Positions 1 to 13,439 of a DNA stretch of 64,000 nucleotides are shown piece after piece. The stretch's first letter is position 1; every line of letters starts with the position of its first letter. Origin of the DNA: Tubiluchus corallicola. Its lineage: Eukaryota; Animalia; Priapulida. The stretch is from NCBI GenBank assembly GCA_030141605.1, contig JAQGDQ010000248.1, positions 267,887 to 331,886 on the forward strand. The letters are read 5' to 3'. The notes under the pieces were generated by a model. The model ran no database searches. It was not told the origin of the DNA and was given only the letters and a program-made list of their open reading frames with translations. The position numbers were made by a program, and so were the translations under genes.

Positions 1-270
1 TAGTTTATACTTTTACTTAGTTACGAATGCTCTTATTATTTTTTTCTTTTAACTGACTTCATGCAAAGCTACCTAAACTTGTTTCAAACGGTTTACCGTC
101 AAACTGGCTGCGCCTAACGGTCATCGCGGGAGTTTAAATTTCAAGTTTTATACAGCGTTACTGCTAATACAGAGAATAACATAATACTCAGTTCATATAA
201 GACGGTATGTATGTGATACAAAATTGTAAATCGAATTTATTTAGCTTTGTGTAAGTAAAGGGTTTTCTTG
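1..270 (+). mobile_element. Family B element, 3' portion
   Basis: AAACTTGTTTCAAACG...CTAACGGTCATCGCGGGAG...TTTTATACAGCGTTACTGCTAA, as in the other B copies. Confidence 0.65.
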
Positions 271-589
271 ATGTACTTCGGATAGGTTATTATTTGAAAT
301 GTCATTTTTGAGTAGACTTCTTTGCCCGTATTTTGCTTGGCAGAATCAAATGTACAAGACGGAACAAAGAAAATCTAAGCCTGTTTTATTGTTGCTTTAT
401 TTGAAAATATATTCAGAATCTCTGTTCACTGGTTTTTAAGTTTGCCAAGAGTAGTCGTAGTTCGATTGCCCGCATAGTCGTTTATTGGCCGCACGACCAA
501 GGGTAGTGGGTCTGTCTGTTTATCTGCACTATGATTCAAATGGATCAAGCCATAATCACTAAACTTCGCACAGGGATAGGGCAGGCCAA

Positions 590-773
590 GGCCAGGAAAT
601 GTGTTGATTTTTTTGTTCGAAAGGGCAAGACCTGGAAATTTGTTGTTTTTTTATTAAAAAGGTCAAAGGTCAAGGGCTCCGGATCAAAAATGTCAAAGGG
701 CAAGACCAGAAAATCAGTTGCTTTTTGGTACGAAAGGTCAAACGTCAAGGGTACAGGATAAAAATGTCAAAGT
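590..773. repeat. Degenerate ~76-bp tandem repeat (about 2.5 units)
   Basis: AAAGGGCAAGACC...AAAGGTCAAA.GTCAAGGG...AAAAATGTCAAAG repeated. Confidence 0.65.
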
Positions 774-1349
774 CAATTATGCCTTTAACTAGTGCTGTTA
801 TACCCAACAGTTTTCTGTGAAGTTAAGTGTAATGTGATCAAGCATCTTGCTTTGTCATTGTGCTTACTCTCAATAACTTAATAAACTGCTGCAAAATTCT
901 CTCCAAGCCAAATGCAAACTCTTAGTTGCGCCTAAGTGAGCATGCATTTTAATTAATGGTGATAACATGTACGAATGATTCATCTTGTTAACATTTTGTT
1001 AAGCAAACAAGTTGTGCTAGTAATGATAAGTTTCGTTGATAAGTGGGAACGTTTGTATTGGCGAGGAAGTACTCTTTTTCAAGGCTTTTGTTTCTCCACG
1101 TCAGTGTTGTAGAGAAAAACAACGAAAGATTGTAGTTGACCTGCTGAAAATACAGTGAGGTTGTAGTATTCAAGTAGAAAATAATTTTTTTTACCTGTCA
1201 TTTCGCCGCTCGTTAAACAAGGTGTGCTTCTAAAATACCTTTATTTGTGCTTATTACTTTGCCGTGTAAGTGCTGGTTAGCTGAAGTCAGGCAGTTTTAC
1301 AGTTAGAAGCTTGCTTGAATCATTTCTCTCAACTTTCCACTCATAGTTG

Positions 1350-1920
1350 TTAAAAGAAAGCGTGATTATTTTCCATATCCTACCCCATTTTGAAGTACGG
1401 AAAAAGTATACATTTTAATGTACCTACAATAATGCCAGAGTATTGCTTATAATTATATAATAAGTTAAAACCTTACTTAACGGCTTAGTGATGACGTCAG
1501 AAGTAAACATAATTTTCAACAGCACAAACATTCCAGGAGCGTGTTGCTTAAGCGAAAATTGAAGTGCAGTGCTATAGTACAATATTCAGTATGACATACA
1601 AAAGTTCGACAAATTTGAAGTTTAAAAATTTAAATTTTAAGTTTATCGCCATGTTCACACATGAGCTCTCGAATATGTGCGTTACGTCACAATAGAACAC
1701 ATCTGAATTGGCAGGTACAGCGCCTGTTTTTGTGCAATGCGTTTCCGAGATGCAGGCGCTAGCGCCTAACTAGCGAATGGCGAAATGCGACCAGCGAAGA
1801 ACTAGCCGCGCAAAAGAAGTTTTTGCGGTAATAATTTTTTAACGTTAAAAAAGAATATTTTATGAATTAGATTGTTTTGAGCTATAATTTAGTTTCACAT
1901 TGGGTCCGGTTTTGCTTTTA
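1350..1920 (+). mobile_element. Family A Kolobok-like element
   Basis: Collinear with the reverse complement of 57247-57860 (TCATATCCTACCCC, TTTTCAACAGCACAAACATTCC, GAGCTCTCGAA, GATTGTTTTGAGCTATA). Confidence 0.75.
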
Positions 1921-2829
1921 GCAGGAAGCGTTAACGAGGTTCATGTTCTAAGGGTTGATGTAGTTGATTTATAGCTAGACTTCGACTCACGACAGCGGAT
2001 AATAATCACGTGGTTTTTCTCGAGAAACGTAAAATTACTTTTCTTGTTGGATGAGTGCTGCCTGTTTATATGAGAATTGGTGAAGGTAATAGAGTTAGAT
2101 TTATGTATGTCTCCAGGTGCCTGGCTGTAGCTGTGGCAGGAAAGATTGAAAGGCGGTTTACTCGGGCACCTGAGTCCATAATAATGCCTTGTTGTTTTGC
2201 AAAGCAGCTTTTCACGAATCCCGAGGGAGCGGGAAAGTTTCAATGATGTTTGTTTGCCTTTTACAGTGCTGGCCTTTGAAAAAGTAAATCTTATAGCTTG
2301 GCTGAATACTAATTATGCATTTACTTCTTGGTGCTTGGAATTAATAGTATCGCAAACACGATTGCAATAAAACAAACTTGCAAGAGGGGTAGGGACTATG
2401 GAATATGTTACCCTTGTTGACTCGGTAAACGCCTCCGTGCCTTAGGAATGTCGAATCGTGTAGGAAATGTGTCATTTTCTGTAAGGGCGAATATAGTATC
2501 TGTGTACTTTGGTGCAGTTGGGCGGGTCACAAATAAAGACAGTACACAACGAAATAGTTCTTCTTGAGGTGGAATGATTAGAAACTATTAGATCGGATGA
2601 TTTAGGAACAATGTTCTACACTGTGATGTGTTGCATTTTTGTGATTTTGTTATTTTACTGTGATATGAATGTATCAAAGTCTCTACGTTTGGGCCACTAC
2701 ATAGCTGTATTTTAGAACTGCAAGCTAATTAATTGGTTCCGTTTGTGGCCATGTACTTAAAGGAGGACTATAACACAAGATAATCTTATGTATGAAATAT
2801 TGAAAGAGAACGCAATTGTTTGAACCGTT

Positions 2830-3330
2830 TGAACATGTATTAAGAATGATTTGCGTGAAAGAATTATTACCGCGGAAAGTTTAATTTCACATATTTCGCC
2901 GTTCGTTAGATGGGCACAACACCTGCATCTCGGAAACTCGTTGTGCAAAAAACAGGCTCTGTACCTCTCAATTCGGTTCCGACGTGGCACACATTTGTGG
3001 TAGAGTGGTAAGTCTACCTTCGCACAGTGGTAGACTTAAACGTCGAATAAAAATTCGTCGAGTTTTTATGTATCACAGTCAGCGTTGTACAGTAGCACTG
3101 TACTCTAATTTTGTCTTTCGCCAACAGGTGCAACACACTCTTGGAATGTTTGGTTGTTACAAAATTGTGTTCACCTTTAACATCATCGGTTGCTGTTGCT
3201 AGCCATTGTTTACATTTTTAAACAGTTACGTTATTATCAGAAACACTTTGGTATTATTATACTGTAGGTGTTAAAATCTATACTTTTTACTGTGCCTCAA
3301 AATGGCAGCATTTCAAAAATTATCATGTTA
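2830..3330 (-). mobile_element. Family A element, fragmented, with unrelated internal sequence
   Basis: TTAGATGGGCAC...GCATCTCGGAAAC...AAAACAGGCTCTGTACCTCTC at about 2900-2970 and ATCAGAAACACTTTGGTATTATT at about 3235-3300. Confidence 0.6.
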
Positions 3331-5940
3331 AAGGAAAAGTTGCCTTTGAAATTTTTTTGTATCGTTTTTTGTCTGCTGTTGTTTGTGTTTCACTGAAGTA
3401 TGCTGTTCATGTACTTTGGTTGAATAAACTCTTTCAAATTAATGACCGAAAGGATCCAGAATAAGGGTGAACTTGGAGCTTTTGCGTCGCGTAGAGGTGC
3501 TCAATTGTGTAAACTTAAACATTCCTAGTTCTTTTACACTTTGTGCTTCTCCCAGAACACTACTCAGCTCTCTTTTGCATGATAAAATTTCCTCAATCAG
3601 AATAATTCCTCTGTCACTATCCACGATCACCTTACACGGAGTAGCCTTAGCGAAAGCCAACAAGTCCTTGCTGACCTTAATCCTGTAGGAGAGAATGGTT
3701 TTTTATATTCAGTCTGACGAGCAGGATTTAGGTTGTTTGTAAGCTTCGGCTTTCATCACTTGCAGCTGGTAAAGAAGAAGCTTCAAAATGACAACATAGT
3801 AGTATGTGTTTCAGACAGAAGCATACGTATTCATCATCCCCATGAAAACTGAATAGTGTCTTTCTTGCTCACTAATTAGCCTAGCAATTAAGTAAGTAAT
3901 TAAGAAAAAAATTTAACATCAACATGCAATATTTAAAGGTGAATTGATGAATGAAAATTCAATGAACACACGAGCAAGTCATCAACTATTAAATTTTTGA
4001 AAATGAACATGTCCAAAAAAACTAAATGAAGAAATCAGGCTAAGGCTGGATTTGAACCAGGTGCTATTAGATTATAAGTCAACTTGTTAGACAAGACAGT
4101 CCTGGTGGTGTTCAAGTCAGGGGCAAGAGAAACCTAGAACTGTAATTAAAGCGTGCCCTGTTATTGATTACCCTAATATGTATTAATACTTGGAAGATTT
4201 GGATTAATAGTAATGATTTACGGTCTCACTTGATCACAATGATGTGAAAGATCTCTTGTTCAAATCCAGATTCAGTCCCACCTTTTTCACGTTCTGATCA
4301 AATTTGCGTCGAGTAAAATTAATCCATTCGATCGATCATCTTAAAGTTGATATTAAAAATACTTAAAGATGAGTAAATGATAAATGAGTGAATGAATGAG
4401 CAACGAGCAAGTGACAGTAAGCCTCTATAGACATCATAGGACTATATATAAACTAACGTGGCCTTACTATAGCGTCGTCAACAAATTCTTAATAGCAGAA
4501 TATTATATTCATATTTTTGGTCCCACAATGGCTGGATATTAGAATTAGAATCAATCATTAAAACTACCACTGCATAATAAATTTGCACTGCACTACAGTA
4601 TTAGCGTTCTCAGAGCCTGAAAGAGATCAACTTACCCAGTTGATCGATATTAGTGCAAATAAATATTTATCAGGCTTTTAACTGAATTGTAGCTTGTTGC
4701 TGATGTTGCCGCTTTTCTTCTAAACGCCTTAAATTGATTTAAGTTGCGATAGCGTCTAGCTGTTAACAGCTAATGCAGCTTCCTCTTCTAATTTTATTTG
4801 GCTTCGTTCCATTCATCTGATTATGAACGAAACGCTATTTAGATGGAAGAGATCCGTATAAGGAACCGGTCTTTTTTCAAAAAGGAGTGACACTGTTTTA
4901 CTATGGTTGTACAGTTATAATGAAAAGAACATTAGCATACAAAGGAAAAAATTCAGCAGTTGTGTCGATTTTGTAAAGGGGCCAAAACATTTTTGTCTTA
5001 CAACTAAAACAAAAATTGCCAAAGAATGACAGTGAAATTAGTACATGCAGGATAGGTATCAAGCGTTAACATTGAGTAACCACTTACAACCAGGCTGGAA
5101 TTAGTGTTTATTCATCCCGTGCAAGCCGTCTGGTACTCAAACAAATAGGCCGTTTTTTCTGTTCTACCAGGACGGGTCATACACCAGAAGCCAAGAGCAC
5201 TAGATCAGTTCTGATCCCAAAATGGTAGTTAATCTATCAAAATACATTTACGCGATACCGACCCACAGTTTCTGGGATGAAATTGACAATTTCTCTCAGC
5301 ACTGAGCCACATACGCATGCTCAGATTTGCTAGAACTTAGGGAGATTTGCATTGGTATTCGTTTGATTGAGTACCTGGTCACCCTTTCTTGCTTGTGTAT
5401 TTGTTTTCGTTGTCTTGTTCTGTCCCTCGCCCACTCATTACTTCTTTTCTCATCTATCTGTTCGCTTGTTCAGTATATTTGCTCTGTTTGCTTTGTTTTT
5501 CATCAAAGCCCTCTTAACCTTGAAAATTTTGCAGTTAAGCGTATTGACGTCGCATTATATTATATACTGGCATCAGACACAGTGACAGCATTTGCATGTT
5601 GTGTCTATATGGCAGTGATTTATAAGTTTTAATCAAACGTGAAGGCAATGTGCATAAGATACGACTACTGTTAATTAACGTGCTTAATTTCCCTGGGGTT
5701 AGTCGAGCGGGACGTCATTTATTCAATCCTTGATGATATCAGCACTTCCTTGGCTGGTTGTTGCTTGCACTGCTTTTGGTGTCTGCTGATACTGCTCGTT
5801 TGTCTTCATTAATGCGTGATAGTGTTTGGGTAACGTGAAAGCATGCAAATTCAAGACTCGGTAATTATTTTCTTTTAGTTTTCAGTGGCCCAGTCAGTCA
5901 AAGTGCTGTGGCAGTCCAGAACCCGATGCCTATTCAGCCT

Positions 5941-6009
<69 letters not shown>

Positions 6010-6049
6010 CAGTAGCAGTAGCAGTAGCAGTAGCAGTAGCAGCAGCAGT

Positions 6050-6080
<31 letters not shown>

Positions 6081-6250
6081 GCAGCCAGCAGCACCAGCAG
6101 CATCAGTAGCAATTGTATTGTATTGTATTGTATTGTATTGTATTGTATTGTATTGTATTGTATTGTATTGTATTGTATTGTATTGTATTGTATTGTATTG
6201 TATTGTATTGTATTGTATTGTATTGTATTGCATTGTATTGTATTGTATTG
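5941..6250. repeat. Compound microsatellite (TAG)n-(TAGCAG)n-(CAG)n-(TATTG)n
   Basis: Directly visible. Confidence 0.97.
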
Positions 6251-8740
6251 ACAATGATAAGATTGTGGTCCATCAACAACATTACAAAAATTGTCACGGA
6301 GTTAGAAAAAAATAAATATTAACAGCAAATTTCAACACAGCGAGTTAATTGTAAATTTTTCAAATTACTCACAAGAATTTACCACAAAATTCAAGCTCTA
6401 AATCAAATAGCTCTTGCACTCTGTTTAAATACGCAGCATACATTTCTCTAATTGCCTCAGATAATGTACAATGTATAATCACATGCGACTCGTCTTGAAC
6501 AGAGATATATCACACCTGCATACCCTGTTATCACGAGAAATAGGTGGCCTAGGCTGGCCCAATCTCATCCTCAGATAATGAGACGGCAGCATAAACCTAT
6601 TAAAACTTATTGGTAGAGAATCGGGGATATCAGATGAATAATTGCATGTTGTACTAGCAGAACTGAGGACTAAATAGCTTGAAATACCGACGTTTGTTTA
6701 CACTTTTAGCTCGAGTGTTATTTAAAATGTTGTCAGGAACGCAATCATAACACTTACGAAAGGATTTAAATGCAGTTAGTAATAAGAGTGACGACATTAA
6801 TTATTAATTAATTGCCAATCAAACAAAGGGGTTCATTAAACTTAAGGTCACCAAGCTTTTTATCTAAAAACTGTCTGAACGACGGGCTAGTCATCTGTCC
6901 TTCGTCTGTACCGAACCAGGTATGGGAAACCAATTCGTTTTCTAGGTCATGAAGTGCTTCAGTTAGATTGAAAATACGATAATGCTCTTCTGATGTCGTA
7001 ATCGTAAAAGAAGAAGTTAAAATGCCCACAAGTCTCAAAATTCTTTATTTTTTCAGAAGCTTTCGTCCTCTCTGACTTCATCAGCTGCACAGAAAGATAC
7101 AATAAAAAAATTACAGATGAAACTACATATAAAATAAAGATGTACGATGTCAGTAAAATAAAGGGTAATTACTAATTAAGAACACAAAATGAAAATTAAA
7201 TTGACAAACATACCTGACATCCATTAGGTATAGCTAAGATCTTAAAAGATAGCGGAATATTTGTCTATTGACTTTATAAACATTTAGAGTAAGTAGCTAC
7301 TTGTAGTCAGACTTATACTGCCATGTCTGTTAATGAACACCAAGTGTTTGCAAGTGTCTGTGGTGCGTTAGTTGAACAAATGTTGAATAAATTTGATGCG
7401 AGATATAATTATAAAGCTTACTAATATGTATAAAAATATTTCTGCTTCAGTTAGAGTTAAGTCAAAGTTGCTTTTGCACCAGCAAGGTGGTCTCTACGTA
7501 ATCTGTATCAGAATGCTAGGATTATCCGACTCGTTTGTCAGAAGAAGCCCAGTTGGATTAAGCCTGTGTGAAAAAAGGAATCCCTGGAAGTTTGGCTTGT
7601 TTTAATGTTCCAAAAACTCTATTTCACGATCATTTTTCGTTTGGGCTCACTGATTTTAAACGAATAATGACCTCATTGGTTAACAGAAGAAAAGCAACGC
7701 ACGAAGAAACATTCTTAATTGTTTGGTCGCTTTACAAATATAAGTATTATAAATTTCAATCATTAAACGAGCTAGGCCAAATGGCGTTTTAGCTAATTTT
7801 CATCCACTCTTGTCTAACGTTCGAACGTTTGCGCCCTAATGAGTCAATCCATCAATTTTGGGCTTATGTTCTCTCATAGTGGCTTAATGTAAAGATCGTT
7901 GAGAGTTTCGCTTTCAGTGTCAACAAGTCACTTTCGTTTTCCTGGTCTGTGATCGCACTGGCTTCCGCGAAAGGGCGGTGTCCGTATTGGCTTTCTTCTA
8001 AGGATGTTAGGCCCACGTTGGCTTCTGAAGCTGTGGTGACCAAGAAAGCGGGCACGCTTCTGTAGGTTAATAACTTGATTCAGCTTGTCGCCTTGTCTGC
8101 GTTCTAGACTTGGTGGCTCCTCGGATGTGCGTTTCCGTTTCCGGTTATGAAGCCCCGTTGCTGTCTCCGCCTTTACATGACTTCAATGAAATGTTTGTAA
8201 TAACAGTTATTTCTGGCTTCTCGCTGTGGACATTGAAAGCAAATTGAAGCCAGACGCAGATACGCCAGGGCAAGCAGTTTTTCTGGGAAATTCCTGATGC
8301 ACGCGAAATTCAATTGGTGAAAAGTACCGGGCAGTCGCGTGCTTGGTAAGCTGCAATAGTAAAAATTTGTGTTCTGGAAATTAGACACTTATGAACTTAT
8401 CACATGGCTGTAGATCATCAAAGCACAGACTAGAGTGACGAATTCAAATTATTTAGCTAAACGAACCAGTTTTAATGATCAAGCTGTTAGTTTAGTTTTC
8501 TAAAGAGCTAACAAGAAACGAAGCAAGTTCAAAAACATAGCCAGTAGCGAAGGCCGTGCTGTACTACTCATAGCATGGACCTATTGCAAAACGATAAATT
8601 TCCCGTTGTATTGTGCTATTTTGGTTAAATAACTATTTCTGCGAATGGTACTCTCACTAGTACTTTAGCGTGTTCTTTGTAGGTTGTAAATCATTGGCGA
8701 TGCATGTTCTAAATCTGTGGTTGTGAAGCTATTGATGGTC

Positions 8741-10020
8741 ACTGAAGCTATTTCCCGGTGTTTGTTTTGTGACATGGGTATAAACTATTTAGGTAGCTAG
8801 GTGTAGGAGAGAAGTACAGCACTGAAGCCATTTCCCGGTGTTTGTTTTGTGACATAGGTACAGACTATTTAGGCAGCTAGGTACAAGAGAGAAGTACAGC
8901 ACTGAAGCCATTTCCCGGTGTTTGTTTTGTGACATAGGTACAGACTATTTAGGCAGCTAGGTACAAGAGAGAAGTACAGCACTGAAGCCATTTCCCGGTG
9001 TTTGTTTTGTGACATAGGTACAGACTATTTAGGCAGCTAGGTACAGGAGAGAAGTACAGCACTGAAGCCATTTCCCGGTGTTTGTTTTGTGACATAGGTA
9101 CAGACTGTTTAGGTAGCTAGGTACAGGAGAGAAGTACAGCACTGAAGCCATTTCCCGGTGTTTGTTTTGTGACATAGGTACAGACTGTTTAGGCAGCTAG
9201 GTACAGGAGAGAAGTACAGCACTGAAGCCATTTCCCCGTGTTTGTTTTGTGACATAGGTACAGACTGTTTAGGCAGCTAGGTGTAGGAGAGAAGTACAGC
9301 ACTGAAGCCATTTCCCGGTGTTTGTTTTGTGACATAGGTACAGACTGTTTAGGCAGCTAGGTGTAGGAGAGAAGTACAGCACTGAAGCCATTTCCCGGTG
9401 TTTGTTTTGTGACATAGGTACAGACTATTTAAGCAGCTAGGTGTAGGAGAGAAGTACAGCACTGAAGCCATTTCCCGGTGTTTGTTTTGTAACATAGGTA
9501 CAGACTATTTAAGCAGCTAGGTGTAGGAGAGAAGTACAGCACTGCACCCATTTCCCGGTGTTTGTTTTGTGACATAGGTACAGACTATTTAAGCAGCTAG
9601 GTGTAGGAGAGAAGTACAGCACTGCAGCCATTTCCCGGTGTTTGTTTTGTGACATAGGTACAGACTATTTAGGCAGCTAGGTACAAGAGAGAAGTACAGC
9701 ACTGCAGCCATTTCCCGGTGTTTGTTTTGTGACATAGGTACAGACTATTTAAGCAGCTAGGTGCAGGAGAGAAGTACAGCACTGAAGCCATTTCCCGGTG
9801 TTTGTTTTGTGACATAGGTACAGACTGTTTAGGTAGCTAGGTGCAGGAGAGAAGTACAGCACTGAAGCCATTTCCCGGTGTTTGTTTTGTGACATAGGTA
9901 TAGACTATTTAAGCAGCTAGGTGCAGGAGAGAAGTACAGCACTGAAGCCATTTCCCGATGTTTGTTTTGTGACATAGGTACAGACTATTTAAGCAGGTAG
10001 GTACAGGAGAGAAGTACACT
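8741..10020. repeat. Minisatellite, 16 x 80-bp units
   Basis: The unit ACTGAAGCCATTTCCCGGTGTTTGTTTTGTGACATAGGTACAGACTATTTAGGCAGCTAGGTGTAGGAGAGAAGTACAGC starts every 80 bp from 8741 to 9941. Units differ by substitutions only. Confidence 0.97.
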
Positions 10021-10504
10021 ACATGCATATACGAATGAGCGCTTTTAGTGCCAACTTTTACGTTATGTATGTTACGTTATATTCCTTCAACGTGTCGTGC
10101 CCTACCGCAAGCACTGATAAAAGATGTGGGAAAAAACTTTTCCTGAATCTCAAGCTGTTAACTCTTTCCTCGTCTGACTGGAATCTTCGCTAATCTGTTA
10201 TAAAAAAGGGAAAAATTGTCACATTAGAAACATCAGTTGCGTCATTGTTAAGCCCTTCTGCACTTATAAAGTGTGTTGACGTAGTTAATCCGATCAACTT
10301 CCAGGCTGAAAATATTTCACTATTGAATTGACGGACGTTCTAATGATTTCAGGGCACAACGTTGTTGACATTAGATATTAGTGACTGTTCACGAATTTTT
10401 GATTTAAAGTTTTAATTCGTTTAGTGGATGATGGAGTTAAGCACGTTGTTGTCTTCCTGTACTAGTAGCAGTTAGCAAGAGGTGATTTTATTACAGTTGT
10501 TACG

Positions 10505-11085
10505 TTAAAGGGGAAGAGAAGGAAATTTTGTGTAAACTTTCTATGCAAAGTTATATTACGTAGCATTACGCTTTACCTGTTTGAAAGACTTTTGCAATTG
10601 GAAAAAAGAACATTCTCAATTTAAAATATTCGCACCACGTGGTAAAGCGGTACAGTGTCGCCATGCCAGTGTGCACCACGTGGTAAAGCGGTACAGTGTC
10701 GCCTTGCCAGTGTGCACCACGTGGTAAAGCGGTAAGTGTCGCCATGCCAGTGTGCACCACGTGGTAAAGCGGTGCAGTGTCGCCATGCCAGTGTGCACCA
10801 CCGATTCACCAAAAAACATTAATTACTGATCTTATTGCCAACATAATGTAATTTATACTTTTGTCTGGTTAGCGAAGAATGTACTATGAATGTCCTGAAT
10901 GTTATTTTTTTGAACTTTACACAATGTTATCTAAACTCGTTTCAACCGTCATGCCGTTAAAATGGCTGCGCTTAACGGACATCCCGGAAGTTCATATTTA
11001 CAAGTTTTATACACCGTTACTGCTAAGCCGCAATAGTCAGAATGTAAGTGATATAAAATTTCAAGACGAATTTGTTACAACCAAA
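10505..11085 (+). mobile_element. Family B element with internal 41-bp tandem expansion
   Basis: TTAAAGGGGAAGAGAAGG start; collinear with the 15548 copy. Confidence 0.7.
10632..10800. repeat. Minisatellite, 4 x 41-bp units inside a family-B transposon copy
   Basis: GCACCACGTGGTAAAGCGGTACAGTGTCGCCATGCCAGTGT starts at 10632, 10673, 10714 and 10754, with a closing GCACCA at 10795. Confidence 0.95.
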
Positions 11086-13439
11086 GCTCCAGTCTAATAA
11101 TGTTTATGGCAGTCGTACAATCTTGAACTGGCTACTCACATGCCAGACGACCGTTTAAGGGTTCGAAACTGTGCCAGCAGCTACTTGTGGGTAGAAGTGA
11201 AAACATAAAAGGTTCTTACGAGGAGACATTCCATAAAAATGCGGTATTCCTCATTGTAATATTACTTAACATACCAGAAAAATTAACTATGTTTGCTGCT
11301 ATATATCAACTTTTATTTATGAGCGTTTTTAACCACGTATAAACATATAATTGTTTGTATAATTATATTCATATGTAATTTTACATGCGTATTTTATACC
11401 ATGTAGTTTTTTTATAAATGGTCAAGTACAGGAGAAATTACTTTCGCAGACATAATTATAATGCGGTCCGATTTTGTTTTGTTGGTGGTATACCCAGGAA
11501 GGTTTTGATGGAGGATTCCATGTGGACTGGATGGGCGTAGAATCTATTACAAAGCTTTGTTTAAAACCCGTTTACAAACCATTACCTGCTGTAGTATTGA
11601 GCTAGGCTGGCTGGCTTCTGTCCTGTTTATAATCTGATGAATCTCACATTAATCCCATGTAATCAAACGCCTAGTTTTCTCGCCGCCTGAAAAGCAGCTC
11701 GGGAAAATGATCACCCTGGCGTATTTGGAACACCTCTAACACATTCAAGCTAAAATTAATTATCAGCGTTGTACCACCATGTCTACGTATAGGTGATTAG
11801 GAACCCAACAGCACAAATTAGTTTTAGTAGAAAACGTGTGTCGACTGCTAAATGCTGCTCTTACTTCCCACAGCCTGGCTCTTATTATCCGTGTAATCTT
11901 GAGTTGACTCTTAACAAGGTGGGTTGACTTTGCTGTTGATGTCTTTCAGTTCAAACTGGTATACGTTTTCAACATTGAATGACTGTACAGTAAAACGAAA
12001 GTAGATTATGGCATTGTTTAAAAGTTCGTAATCCATGAAGCTACTTGAAATGAAATGTGTCCATTGTTTTCAAGCCTGACAGCTAGGGTTACAGTTTCTT
12101 TGGGTGACCTAATTGAGAACACAAGGAAAGAAAGGAGAAAATCCGTTTCCTGGCGAGATTGAATCCGCGTTCTTTTGTTGTTATCTGTTAGCTTGTAATG
12201 ACATTGAATTACTGCTTTTAGGTCGCAGCTTGAAGCCAAGTTTGGGATTTTCTGCAAATTCTCCTTGTGTGAATAATGCAGAATTCTTACGCTGAAAGAC
12301 GCGTGAAACCACGGGAGTGGGTAGAGGGGTAACATTTGTTTGGTCGTTCAAGTTTCATAAATGGAGCTTTTACTGAACTTAAATCCAGCATAAGACATAA
12401 AATGATTGTATGACTCACTTCACTGCAGCCCTGAAGGGAGTTTTTAGGTCATGAGGGTGCCCAAACCATCGTATGTCGTCAGCAAAGTGCTTCGGAATTT
12501 CCAGCAGTTGACGCACACAGGATTCACACGAGGTGTCGACGTGTGGTCGCCGCTTCCTGCCTGAGTATTCAAGTCAGCTAAGATGTACTTTTGGCAGCAC
12601 AAGATGGACGTCACAATTAGCCTAAGTTATTCTTGATCTTGTGGGCATTTTCCACCGAGGACCTTCGGGAGTTTAAGGACATTCATTTGAACTGTCCTAT
12701 TTTAACGGCTTCAAGGCACTTTTTCACAATTTTCTGACTACCAGAAGATACAGAAAAATGCCCACATTTAATAAAGACTGTGGTAGTAATCGAATTTCCA
12801 GCAATTCTAGTCTGAGACAGAGTCTGAAATGTCTACGCTTTTCAAAGGGGATTTTCGTTCGTTATCAAAGATGTACTAGTCACTATTTCGTTTTAGAAAT
12901 TCTGTTGCTAAAAACTAGATGACCGTGGCACACTTGCTTGCTCTTCCTATTGGGCGATATAAGTTAGAAAATACAGGCAACAGTGTGCCAGCAACCAAAC
13001 TTGTTATCAGTTTGGTCTTGTTCTTTAACTCCAGCCCTAAAGGGGACTAGCCTGTTACTTGTTATTGTCTTCTCTGCATTCGAGCCCCGATCCTATTTTG
13101 TGGAAGAACTTTGCGTTTTTGAAAGGTTTCCATGACGACACGTTTTCCCGCCACGAATCCTTGGAATAGTTCACGTTTGCTCATAGCAGTAAAATTGTAT
13201 AATTGAAGTTTATTCTGTGTAAGCTTGATTTATTCGTTGCGATTAAACTCCCAGCAGTTAGTTGTGGCATGTGTTTTATAGTCGTTTTACGTTCACTGGC
13301 AGAATTTTTACTTAACATCCATCTCGCTTGTTGAAGTTGTGGATTCCATGTCCCCAGAAATTTTAAATCTGAATGAAGACCTTGCGCGCATTGCTTGAAA
13401 GATAGCTATACCAATTATAACTTTACCGCGCGTACATAC

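Noticed and set aside
5327-5632. Membrane-protein-like hydrophobic ORF
   Set aside because: The hydrophobicity is explained by T-rich composition; non-ATG start and no family motif.
8741-10020. CRISPR array
   Set aside because: Units repeat along their whole length with no unique spacers; there are no cas genes and the context is eukaryotic.
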